From contig JAIUPJ010000001.1 of NCBI GenBank assembly GCA_020160975.1, positions 360,001 through 392,000 of the forward strand: a DNA stretch of 32,000 bases, written 5' to 3'. This DNA comes from Candidatus Saccharimonadota bacterium. GTDB lineage: Bacteria > Patescibacteriota > Saccharimonadia > Saccharimonadales > Saccharimonadaceae. A model generated the notes under the pieces. That model saw only the letters and a list, made by a program, of their open reading frames with translations, searched no databases and was not told the DNA's origin. Position 1 is the first letter of the stretch. Each line of letters begins with the position of its first letter. The position numbers and the translations under genes are program-made. Positions 9,091 through 17,403 of this stretch are shown in pieces.

Positions 9091-9996
9091 TTATACCATA
9101 AGCATCATGGCCGGGGCACTCATGAGCGCAAAAAACAGCTGAATTAGCGTATCGCCCCACAATAGCGTGACAAGGGTTCCGAGTATCAGAAACGGCCCAA
9201 ACGGGATATGCATGGATCGCTGTAGCTTGCCGGCTACAGCGATCGGAATAAGCATGAGACAGCCAAACAAATTTGCAAGAAACAACGCCAATAGAGCATA
9301 CTGCCACGACCCCATAATAAGGGCGAGCCCGACACAAAGGATACTATCACCCAACCCCACCCAGCCAAAAAGCGAAAAGATGAAATAAATCCCCGCCATA
9401 AACACTACGCCGAGAAGCATCGATCCCAGCACCTCACTCGACCAACCAGTCTCTGCCAGCACCACTCCTGCAATCAGGATAGCAACACCAATCAAGGCAA
9501 GGTTGATACGAAAAGGAAGGAGATACCATTTAGCGTCGTACACAAAGAGGATTGCCATCAGGACGCAAGCGACAAGCCACAGCGCAAAATGACCTAGCTG
9601 CAGGTTCGAAAGCAGCTGGTGTGGCCAAAAGAGAAACGAGAGAGCAAAGACTGCACCAAGCCCCAGCTCGGCGAGCACTTCGGTGCTGCCAATCGGCGCA
9701 TGACAGTATCTACATCGACCGCGCAAGCTGATCCAACTAATGCCCGGCAGTAAGTCATACCATGCAAGCGGATGATGGCAGGAAAGACACTCTGAGCGAT
9801 CATGACGAGGAGAACGGATCAGCCGTTTGAGACGATTCAGTTCTTTTCGCGCCACTTTCTCACCTGCCGCGTGATCTTCGACGAGCTGATGGGCTCGCAG
9901 ACGCCACACTTGAGCGACCGCAAAACTACCTAAGATTGCTCCCAGAATAAATAAGCTTGCTGCTGTTATCATGTCCCCCATACCTCTCCCTATCAT
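9091..9996 (-). CDS. pilD: Prepilin peptidase / N-methyltransferase (A24 family)
   Basis: A polytopic membrane protein with a cytoplasmic Cys pair motif, CLSCHHPLAWYDLLPGISWISLRGRCRYCHAPI. A GGAGGA RBS lies upstream of ATG 9996. Confidence 0.9.
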   Translation of the reverse strand: MIGRGMGDMITAASLFILGAILGSFAVAQVWRLRAHQLVEDHAAGEKVARKELNRLKRLIRSPRHDRSECLSCHHPLAWYDLLPGISWISLRGRCRYCHAPIGSTEVLAELGLGAVFALSFLFWPHQLLSNLQLGHFALWLVACVLMAILFVYDAKWYLLPFRINLALIGVAILIAGVVLAETGWSSEVLGSMLLGVVFMAGIYFIFSLFGWVGLGDSILCVGLALIMGSWQYALLALFLANLFGCLMLIPIAVAGKLQRSMHIPFGPFLILGTLVTLLWGDTLIQLFFALMSAPAMMLMV

Positions 9997-9999
9997 AAC

Positions 10000-10028
10000 A
10001 AAATCCTCCGCAATATACGGAGGATTTT
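10000..10028 (-). terminator. Hairpin between pilA and pilD (attenuating terminator overlapping the pilD RBS)
   Basis: On the minus strand, AAAATCCTCCG-tatattg-CGGAGGATTTT forms an 11-bp perfect stem, followed by GTT and then the pilD ATG. The 3' arm contains the GGAGGA Shine-Dalgarno sequence of pilD. Confidence 0.6.
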
Positions 10029-10053
10029 TAGACGTATCTGCTTGTGAGTAGCC

Positions 10054-10515
10054 TTAGCTGTCGAGGCAGTAGCCGCTACCCGATCCGCCCTCAAGGCGAG
10101 TGACGGTCGCATACTGACGAACAGTACCTTGGACAAAGACCACCTTACCGTCTGCACCCACTTCACCACATTTCGCCCCAAGCACGACAATCACATTTGC
10201 ATCTTCGACCGAAGTCGGCGCATTGGCGTATGGCATAACTTCAAGTGTCGTGGTGTTGTCGGACTTGTTTTGCACGTATTGGTTGAGACTTGAGGTGCTG
10301 AGGAGCGACAAGGCTTTGCCTCGGTTGTTGCCGGCCCATGTGTTGACTGCTGCAGCGACTGTGCTGACATCATTTTTGCGAGCTGTGTCACGCTGGCTGC
10401 TCTGCAATGCTGGCAACGCAATAAATACCATCAAGAAAATCAATGCCGCGATTGCAAGCACCAGCACCACCTCAATGATCGTAAATCCCTTTTGCTTTAG
10501 TTCTGCTTTGCTCAT
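10054..10515 (-). CDS. pilA: Type IV major pilin
   Basis: The N-terminus is MSKAELKQKG/FTIIEVVLVLAIAALIFLMVFIALPAL. Two Cys residues near the C-terminus (..GAKCGE..GYCLDS) fit a D-region disulfide. It is the only pilin gene here with its own promoter-like element and its own terminator. Confidence 0.85.
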   Translation of the reverse strand: MSKAELKQKGFTIIEVVLVLAIAALIFLMVFIALPALQSSQRDTARKNDVSTVAAAVNTWAGNNRGKALSLLSTSSLNQYVQNKSDNTTTLEVMPYANAPTSVEDANVIVVLGAKCGEVGADGKVVFVQGTVRQYATVTRLEGGSGSGYCLDS

Positions 10516-10562
10516 TGTCGAAATTCCACCTTTCCTAATGTCGAGCTTTTTTGCTTACGTTT

Positions 10563-10591
10563 ATCATAGCGCACCCCTAGCCGCTTGTCTA
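10563..10591 (-). promoter_or_regulatory. Candidate sigma70-type promoter for pilA
   Basis: The minus strand has TAGACA, a 17-nt spacer and TATGAT, about 45 nt upstream of the pilA ATG. An AGGAAAGGTGG RBS region lies in between. Confidence 0.45.
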
Positions 10592-10596
10592 GGGTA

Positions 10597-11805
10597 TTAG
10601 TGGATGCCTCCTACTAGACTATAGATTGGGAACAGAATTGCGCCCACCATACCACCGGCGAAAATTGCCATCACGACCATGAGCATTGGCTCGATGGCGG
10701 TCGAAATGGCCTTAATCTCTTCGTCGAGTTCGTCTTCGTAAACCTGGGCGGTCTTACCCATCATTTCATCAATTTTTCCTGACTGCTCACCAATCTTGAT
10801 CATTTGTGGCACCATCGGCAAGATGTAGTCTTCAGGCTGCAGCGCCGTAGAGAGTGCCTTGCCGCCCTTTACTTTCTCGGCAGCACGATCAATGCTCTTG
10901 CTTACCACGACGTTATTGACTCCCTCGCTACTGATGCGCAACATGTCGAGCATCGCTACTCCTGTCGCAAGCAGCGTCTGACCTGTTCGAGTGAATCGCG
11001 CCATATACAGTTTTCTGAACATTCCCTTAAATACAGGGAAATTAAGCTTGAGCGTATCTTTAAACTTGATACCACTATCGGTCTTGAGGTACTGAGCTAC
11101 GAAGTATCCTGCAATACCAAGTACCAACAGCGTCAACCACCAAAAGTTTATCAAGAAGTTCGCAGTCGTAATCATGACTGATGTCAGCAGCGGGAGCTCC
11201 TTGTGCATATCTTTGTAGAGCTTCGCTACTTGTGGCACCACTGCAATGAGCATAAATACCATCACGCCAACGATGACAAACAATACGATACCAGGATACA
11301 CCATTGCACCACGGATCTTGCTCATCATTGCAGCATCTTTTTCTTTTTGGGTCGCGACGCGCTTCAACGCCTCGTCCAGCGTACCAGAAGCCTCACCTGC
11401 CGCCACAAGAGCGAGAACGATCTTATCAAATGCCTCTGGGTGTTTACCAAAGGAGTCAGAAAGAGAATGGCCGCCCTCAACATCGGCGATGATTTCCTCC
11501 ACCACTCGCTGCATTTTCTTGTTCCCCGTCTGCTCCAGCACTGTATGAAGGCTCTGCGACAGCGGCAATCCCGCGCCAATCAATGTCGACAGTTGTCGCA
11601 TGAAGACAATTTTGTCTTTGTTTGTAATTCGGTTAGAAATTCGAGCCAGTAGTGAGCCATCTTCGTTTATCTCGTTGATGTCGAGCGGCATTAGTCCCTG
11701 CTCAATCAAGACCTTGGCTGCGGATGACTCTGACTCAGCTTGAACCATCGACTCAACTACTTCGTTGTTCGACTTGTCCCTTGCTTTATAGGTAAACTTC
11801 CGCAT
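10597..11805 (-). CDS. pilC: Type IV pilus platform protein (GspF/PilC family)
   Basis: 402 aa. The N-terminus is FTYKARDKSNNEVVESMVQAESESSAAKVLIEQGLMPLDI. The sequence shows the duplicated GspF domain pattern and three hydrophobic segments. Confidence 0.9.
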   Translation of the reverse strand: MRKFTYKARDKSNNEVVESMVQAESESSAAKVLIEQGLMPLDINEINEDGSLLARISNRITNKDKIVFMRQLSTLIGAGLPLSQSLHTVLEQTGNKKMQRVVEEIIADVEGGHSLSDSFGKHPEAFDKIVLALVAAGEASGTLDEALKRVATQKEKDAAMMSKIRGAMVYPGIVLFVIVGVMVFMLIAVVPQVAKLYKDMHKELPLLTSVMITTANFLINFWWLTLLVLGIAGYFVAQYLKTDSGIKFKDTLKLNFPVFKGMFRKLYMARFTRTGQTLLATGVAMLDMLRISSEGVNNVVVSKSIDRAAEKVKGGKALSTALQPEDYILPMVPQMIKIGEQSGKIDEMMGKTAQVYEDELDEEIKAISTAIEPMLMVVMAIFAGGMVGAILFPIYSLVGGIH

Positions 11806-11808
11806 GAA

Positions 11809-12879
11809 CTAGCCTCGCATCAGCCTTTCAAATTCCGTTAGGTCGACCGCGAATTCACGTGCACTGTCATAAGTGATTGTGCCGCTCTGAACGAGTCCCA
11901 CTAATGTTCGATCCATGGTTTGCATACCTTGATCAGCACCAGTCTGAATAATGGCGTCGAGCTGGTGGCTCTTACCCTCACGGATGACATTGCGGACGGC
12001 AGGATTTGCAATCAGCACTTCAGCCGCCACCACTCGTCCACCCCCAATCGCCGGTACCAATCGCTGCGAACAAATCGCCATCAAGATATTCGCAAGCTGA
12101 GCACGAATCTGTGGCTGCTGGTGCGGTGGGAACACGTCAATCATACGATCGATACTTTGTGCCGCAGAGTTGGTATGGAGCGTTGCAAAGACCAAGTGAC
12201 CTGTTTCGGCGATGGTGATCGCCGCACTGATAGTCTCGAGGTCGCGCATCTCACCGATCAACACCACATCTGGATCTTGACGGAGGGAGCTACGCAAGGC
12301 TGCCGAGAACGAATAGGTATCATAGTGGACTTCACGCTGCACTACCACAGACTTTTTCGACTTGTGGGTAAACTCGATCGGGTCTTCGATGGTGATGATA
12401 TGCTGGGATTTCTCGGTGTTGATTTTGTCAACAAGTGCCGCAAGGGTCGTCGATTTACCACTTCCCGTTGGGCCTGTCACCAGTACCAAGCCACGAGGAT
12501 AATCAGCAAAGCTCATAACCACTTGCGGCATGCCGAGCTCCATCACCGACTTAATCTCATTAGGGATCAGACGTAGTGCCGCCGCCAGATTGCCCCTTTC
12601 GTGAAACGCATTGACACGGAAACGGCCAAGCGCGCCAAAAGCAAAGCTGAAGTCAAATTCCTTGTCTTTAAGCAAAATCTGCTGTTGGTCTTGGTCGAGA
12701 ATCGCAAATACGAGAGACTCCACTTGCTGCTCATCAAGCGCCTCATAGCCAGCAATTGGCAAGAGCGTCCCATCGACGCGCAACATCGGCGGCAAGCCGA
12801 CTTGAATATGAAGATCGCTCGCGCGTTTTTTCACGACTTCTTCGAGTAGTATTTCGATCCTCAGTTCTTGTGGTTGCAT
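11809..12879 (-). CDS. pilT: Twitching-motility retraction ATPase
   Basis: 356 aa. Motifs present are Walker A GPTGSGKSTT, the His box LVFATLHTNSAAQSIDR and the PilT motif AVRNVIREGK. Confidence 0.9.
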   Translation of the reverse strand: MQPQELRIEILLEEVVKKRASDLHIQVGLPPMLRVDGTLLPIAGYEALDEQQVESLVFAILDQDQQQILLKDKEFDFSFAFGALGRFRVNAFHERGNLAAALRLIPNEIKSVMELGMPQVVMSFADYPRGLVLVTGPTGSGKSTTLAALVDKINTEKSQHIITIEDPIEFTHKSKKSVVVQREVHYDTYSFSAALRSSLRQDPDVVLIGEMRDLETISAAITIAETGHLVFATLHTNSAAQSIDRMIDVFPPHQQPQIRAQLANILMAICSQRLVPAIGGGRVVAAEVLIANPAVRNVIREGKSHQLDAIIQTGADQGMQTMDRTLVGLVQSGTITYDSAREFAVDLTEFERLMRG

Positions 12880-12895
12880 GCCCTCTCCCCTTTTC

Positions 12896-14656
12896 CTATT
12901 GTGTATCTGATGTCACACGGTTAACTTCTTCGAGTGTGGTTACTCCGGTCAAGGCTTTGAGATAGCCGTCCTGACGCATCGTAATCATTCCCTGCTCAAC
13001 GGCTTTGTGCTGAATCTCCGAGCTGGTCGCTCGCGTCACGATGAGCTTTTGTATCTCCTCGGTCACGTCCATCACTTCATACAGCCCCGCGCGTCCGCTA
13101 TAGCCATGCGGCGTTGACGGCGTATCCTGGCCCTTTATTAAAATATAAGCGCTTTGCCCTGCTAATGGCAAGTCTTTGTAGCCAAGATCGGCTGAAACCT
13201 GCGCTACCTCTTCTTTAGTCTTTGGCAATAAATGCCCAACTGTCTCGAGAATACTCTTGGTTTCGAGCGGACTCGACCAATACGATTCGCGTTTTGGCGA
13301 AACGCGACGCACCAAGCGTTGGCCAATGATTGTGTTGACCGTACTGGCGATCAAAAACGGCTCAATATTCATATCGAGCAGGCGCGGCAAGACACCGGCC
13401 GCAGAATTGGTGTGGAGTGTACTAAACACCAGGTGACCTGTTAGCGACGCTTGGACGGCCAAGCTTGCGGTCTCAGCATCACGAATCTCGCCCACCATGA
13501 CGACATTTGGATCCTGGCGCAAAATGCTACGCAAGCCATTTGCGAACGTCAAGCCAACTTCTGAATTTACCTGAATCTGGTTCACTCCGTCCATTTTGTA
13601 TTCCACCGGATCTTCCAGTGTAACAATATTGATCGATTCGTCTTTGATCTCTTTGATCAGCGCGTATAAACTTGTTGACTTACCGCTTCCGGTTGGCCCA
13701 CTCGTGAGTAGCATGCCGTTTGGTTTCTTGATGCCTTTTCGGATGGTGCGCAGAGCGCGGCCTGCATAGCCCATTTGTTCGAGATCAAAGGTATTGCCTG
13801 ATTTATCGAGTAGACGAATCACCACTTGCTCGCCCCATACCACTGGGCTAATCGCAATACGCAGGTCAACTTCTTTATCGTTTACCTTGACTGCAAACTG
13901 ACCGTCCTGCGGTACACGATGTTCGTCAATTTTGAGATTGGACAAAATTTTTATTCGACTCACCAGCGCTGGCTCAATGCTTTTTGGCAGCTGCATAATC
14001 TCGCGCAACACTCCATCGACACGACAGCGAATCTTGAGTGCTTTTTCGAGCGGCTCGATGTGAATATCGCTCGCCCGTGACTTGACGGCATACTCCAATA
14101 TCGTGCTGAGCGCACGACTAATCGGCGAATCTTGCACAATAGTCTTGATGTCACCCGACTCAGACTTTGACTCCTCTTGCGATACCTTTGCAGCCACATC
14201 AACGCTTGACAGGTCAGTCTTGTATTGGTCAAGCACGTGCCTCACCCCGGCTTCAGAAGCCATGAAAACCTTTAGAGGACGCTGAATACGGTTTGCCAGA
14301 TAGTCAACGGCCTGAACATTATTGGCATCGATCATCGCTACCGCCAGGCGATTTTGCACTTCCGCCAGTGGCACCGCCATGAATCGCTCGGCAATATCTG
14401 ACGGCAGTAAGGACAAGATCGACTGATCAATGATACTATTCGTCAAATTTACATAGGGCACCCCCGATACCTGTGCGATTGCATGGGTGAGTAGCTCGTT
14501 ATCAATCACAGACTGTTCGGTCAAGACACTTAGCAATGGCTTGCCAGCTTTTGTCGAGATGTCGGTTGCCTGCTGCAGCGCATCATTACTCACCAGTCCC
14601 TCTTCCTGGAGGAGAGTGATGAGTTTTGCTTGGATATCGTCAGTCATCAATGCCAT
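12896..14656 (-). CDS. pilB: Type IV pilus extension ATPase (GspE/PilB family)
   Basis: 586 aa. An N-terminal T2SSE_N-type domain is followed by Walker A SGPTGSGKST, the Asp boxes, and GHLVFSTLHTNSAAG. Confidence 0.9.
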   Translation of the reverse strand: MALMTDDIQAKLITLLQEEGLVSNDALQQATDISTKAGKPLLSVLTEQSVIDNELLTHAIAQVSGVPYVNLTNSIIDQSILSLLPSDIAERFMAVPLAEVQNRLAVAMIDANNVQAVDYLANRIQRPLKVFMASEAGVRHVLDQYKTDLSSVDVAAKVSQEESKSESGDIKTIVQDSPISRALSTILEYAVKSRASDIHIEPLEKALKIRCRVDGVLREIMQLPKSIEPALVSRIKILSNLKIDEHRVPQDGQFAVKVNDKEVDLRIAISPVVWGEQVVIRLLDKSGNTFDLEQMGYAGRALRTIRKGIKKPNGMLLTSGPTGSGKSTSLYALIKEIKDESINIVTLEDPVEYKMDGVNQIQVNSEVGLTFANGLRSILRQDPNVVMVGEIRDAETASLAVQASLTGHLVFSTLHTNSAAGVLPRLLDMNIEPFLIASTVNTIIGQRLVRRVSPKRESYWSSPLETKSILETVGHLLPKTKEEVAQVSADLGYKDLPLAGQSAYILIKGQDTPSTPHGYSGRAGLYEVMDVTEEIQKLIVTRATSSEIQHKAVEQGMITMRQDGYLKALTGVTTLEEVNRVTSDTQ

Positions 14657-14665
14657 GGGCAGCTC

Positions 14666-14899
14666 CTAGTTGCTCGTGGCACCACCACCGATAACCGTTT
14701 GCACTGTTGGATTGATTGCACCAGAATTAAACACCTTGGCGTTTGGCGTCTCTACAGCCGTCTCTATTGGTGTCGCCACCGGTACTTTTACGCCTTTTGG
14801 ATCAACCTTGAGGAATGACAGTTGGTCGCCGACAAAAAACGCAATCAACGCTGACACGCTAGCGATCAGAATAATCATTGCAATATCATTTTTTTTCAT
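14666..14899 (-). CDS. Small single-pass membrane protein of the pilus locus (function unknown)
   Basis: 77 aa. An N-terminal TM (IAMIILIASVSALIAFFVG) is followed by a Pro/Val/Thr-rich tail. Its start overlaps the pilO-like stop by 14 nt, and it ends 9 nt before pilB. Confidence 0.5.
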   Translation of the reverse strand: MKKNDIAMIILIASVSALIAFFVGDQLSFLKVDPKGVKVPVATPIETAVETPNAKVFNSGAINPTVQTVIGGGATSN

Positions 14900-15581
14900 T
14901 TGGTTTCACTACCTTATCTGTTAACTCTACGCTCGTTGCGGGCATGTAGTAGGCGTGGGCTTTGAGTGTCATGGTGTATTTTGTAGCACCTTTTTCGAGC
15001 ATGAGATCGTCGACATCGATAACGCGAATCGAACGCTCAAGCTTCACAAGAAGTTCCTTAAGCAAATTTGGATCCGTTGCCGATACTGTCGTGGTAAACG
15101 TCATTTTCTGGGGGCCATCGCTTGCTGAAACGGACGAATTGACCACTGTGTAATCGGCTGACACAGGTGGGTCAACCGCTAGCGATTCAATCGTTACACC
15201 GTCGACTGTTCCGATCAATTTTTGTTGCAATGACGAACCGAGGGCGAGCGTATTCTCGTCAGCTGGCATAGCATCGAGTACTACCTGGAGCGCCTGATCA
15301 TCAGGTTGCGCCTTTATCGAGCTAAGGCTGGCATCCGTCCCTCTCAGGCGAACGTTTTCGATCAGCTGATTGGCAACCTTATTGTTCTTTGTTACTACGC
15401 TGAGAGTCTTGTTGAGCTCCACTGTCACTTTGGTCTTAAAGGCCAACTGTTGAACAAGGAAGATCGAGGCCACGGCACAAACGCCGACAATCGCCGACAT
15501 ACCGGCTACCCAAAAGAACATAGTGCGGTTCGAATTAGCGATAATCTGACGCTTCTTCATACCGGGTTGCGGTGCAGCCAT
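14886..15581 (-). CDS. PilO-like pilus alignment protein
   Basis: 231 aa. The single N-terminal TM, the coiled-coil-like segment and the position directly after pilN support this call. The sequence itself is not diagnostic. Confidence 0.45.
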   Translation of the reverse strand: MAAPQPGMKKRQIIANSNRTMFFWVAGMSAIVGVCAVASIFLVQQLAFKTKVTVELNKTLSVVTKNNKVANQLIENVRLRGTDASLSSIKAQPDDQALQVVLDAMPADENTLALGSSLQQKLIGTVDGVTIESLAVDPPVSADYTVVNSSVSASDGPQKMTFTTTVSATDPNLLKELLVKLERSIRVIDVDDLMLEKGATKYTMTLKAHAYYMPATSVELTDKVVKPNEKK

Positions 15582-16306
15582 TAGTTTGCCTCCTTTGCAT
15601 CTTTTGCTTTTTCGCTAAACAGCGAGTCTGGAACACGCGTACGAGAATCAGTCACGTCCACTTTGCTGTTAGGCGTTACGATGCGGACATTACTGAGCGT
15701 ATTGTCAAACAGTCCGTCAGGATATGTGAACGAAATCGTGAAGCGAAGCACGCGCGCACCATCGGAGCCCTCTCCGTAACTAGTCTGACTAATCACTACC
15801 TGATCAGTCAGTGCAACCGACTGCGTTTCGTCATCGGTAGTGCTCTCAACTTTTGTATTGAGTATAAGCTTGCGGAATGTTTCGGTCGCAGCATAGCCGT
15901 TACTCGCCATACCCTCAATCGTCACCGTCTTTGCGGTTGGGTCGAGTTTGACGCTTGAGTATTTCATATCGTTTGGTGCAGTTGGGTTGATCGCCCCGAT
16001 CACATCGAGCAGACGCGAATCGATCGATTTGTTGTCATGAAGCCTCGTAATTTCCTTGAGTTGTCGCTGAATTGTCAAGGCATTGTCAATGTTTTCGGTA
16101 CCTTGCAGCTTGGCGAACTGCTGTTTGATTTGGTCGCGAGAATAGCCCTCATGCACCGACTGTGCAACCACCAAAAGTGCCAGCAACACAACAATTGCTC
16201 CCGCGGCAATCGCGGCAAAGATCGACAGCGAAATTGCTGTATTGCGCATTTTCTGCGCTTTGATCATTTCTTGCTTGACGTCAGGTATCAGGTTAATTTC
16301 AATCAT
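15581..16306 (-). CDS. pilN: PilN (fimbrial assembly) protein
   Basis: The N-terminus MIEINLIPDVKQE matches the INLLP-type motif and is followed by a single TM. The gene overlaps pilM by 4 nt. Confidence 0.75.
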   Translation of the reverse strand: MIEINLIPDVKQEMIKAQKMRNTAISLSIFAAIAAGAIVVLLALLVVAQSVHEGYSRDQIKQQFAKLQGTENIDNALTIQRQLKEITRLHDNKSIDSRLLDVIGAINPTAPNDMKYSSVKLDPTAKTVTIEGMASNGYAATETFRKLILNTKVESTTDDETQSVALTDQVVISQTSYGEGSDGARVLRFTISFTYPDGLFDNTLSNVRIVTPNSKVDVTDSRTRVPDSLFSEKAKDAKEAN

Positions 16307-17358
16307 ACCGTTCCGCCTCTTTTTGCGAGCCCGATGGCTGTCGCAAACTCAGTTGCGACTGGACCGAGCTGACGCTGATCTTCCTGCGACAATTGAATAC
16401 CTTGCCAAGGATTGGCAACATGCGCCGGCTTGCCAGTCTTGCTGGCTAGATATGCGTCCAGCTGTGGCACCGCAGAAGCAAACCCAGCGATCAGTACCGC
16501 TTGAATCGCCACGCTCGGATAGCGTGTCTCAAAGAACTTAATCGATTTTGAAATCTCCGCTGCAAAACTATCCAGCGACACTTCGAGTGCACGCAATACT
16601 TGCCCCTCGAGCCGATCGGGTGCGAGCCCAAATTTCAAGATAAATTGTCGGGCTTGATCCTCTTGGACATTGAGATTGGCTACTGTTGCTTTGACAAACG
16701 ATGCGAGGCCAGTCGGAATGGTTCGCACCAGTCGCGGAGTATCGCCATACGTGATGGCGATATCGGTCGAATGCTCTCCCATATCAAGCTGCACGACCGC
16801 CCCCGACTGACCAGGAGTAGTCAAGGCGCGCACCATGGCGATTGGGTCTGGTTCGGCTGCAATTACATTGAGACCAAGTGATTCAACTAGCTCTAAGCGC
16901 GCTTCACTGTATTCCCTCGCTACACTCGATAGCAGGACTTCTTGCTGGTTCTGCGCCCGCAGTGATGGGCCGAGAAGCGCCCAATCAACCTTCGCTTCAT
17001 CAACTGCCATCGGAATATACTGATCAATCTGATATTTCATGGTTGCCTTGAGCTCAGACTCGTTGGTATTTGGCACATCAACCACGGTGGTAAAAGTCTT
17101 GCTCGATGGCAAACCGATCACAACATTTTTGCTGCGAATACCGCTCTGACCAACCGCTGTCATGATCACTTCGGCAACCTTGCGGCGCGACTCTTCTGAG
17201 TCGCTACTGGTTAATCTGCTATCTATTGGCGCATAGCCATAATGATCAAGACTCCAGCCCGACCCTGATTTGCGCAGCTGCACCACTCGAATCGCATTCG
17301 TCCCAATATCTAGCGCGAAAAAGTCGCCCATCCCTTTTAGCATACTCATCTTATCCAT
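16303..17358 (-). CDS. pilM: PilM actin-like ATPase of the pilus alignment complex
   Basis: 351 aa. It carries the ..FALDIGTNAIRVVQL.. phosphate-1 motif, ..LDMGEHSTDIAI.. and the overall FtsA/PilM pattern. Confidence 0.85.
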   Translation of the reverse strand: MDKMSMLKGMGDFFALDIGTNAIRVVQLRKSGSGWSLDHYGYAPIDSRLTSSDSEESRRKVAEVIMTAVGQSGIRSKNVVIGLPSSKTFTTVVDVPNTNESELKATMKYQIDQYIPMAVDEAKVDWALLGPSLRAQNQQEVLLSSVAREYSEARLELVESLGLNVIAAEPDPIAMVRALTTPGQSGAVVQLDMGEHSTDIAITYGDTPRLVRTIPTGLASFVKATVANLNVQEDQARQFILKFGLAPDRLEGQVLRALEVSLDSFAAEISKSIKFFETRYPSVAIQAVLIAGFASAVPQLDAYLASKTGKPAHVANPWQGIQLSQEDQRQLGPVATEFATAIGLAKRGGTV

Positions 17359-17403
17359 TAGTATACATAACTGTTACCGATTAGCGCAAGCGTTTTCAAA
17401 TGA

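Noticed and set aside
8290-12576. Antisense ORFs of 100-220 aa opposite the pilin, pilC and pilT genes, for example 8290..8892, 11203..11652 and 11920..12576.
   Set aside because: They are shadow ORFs opposite strongly supported genes. Their translations are Arg/His/Cys-rich, carry no motifs and have no RBS.
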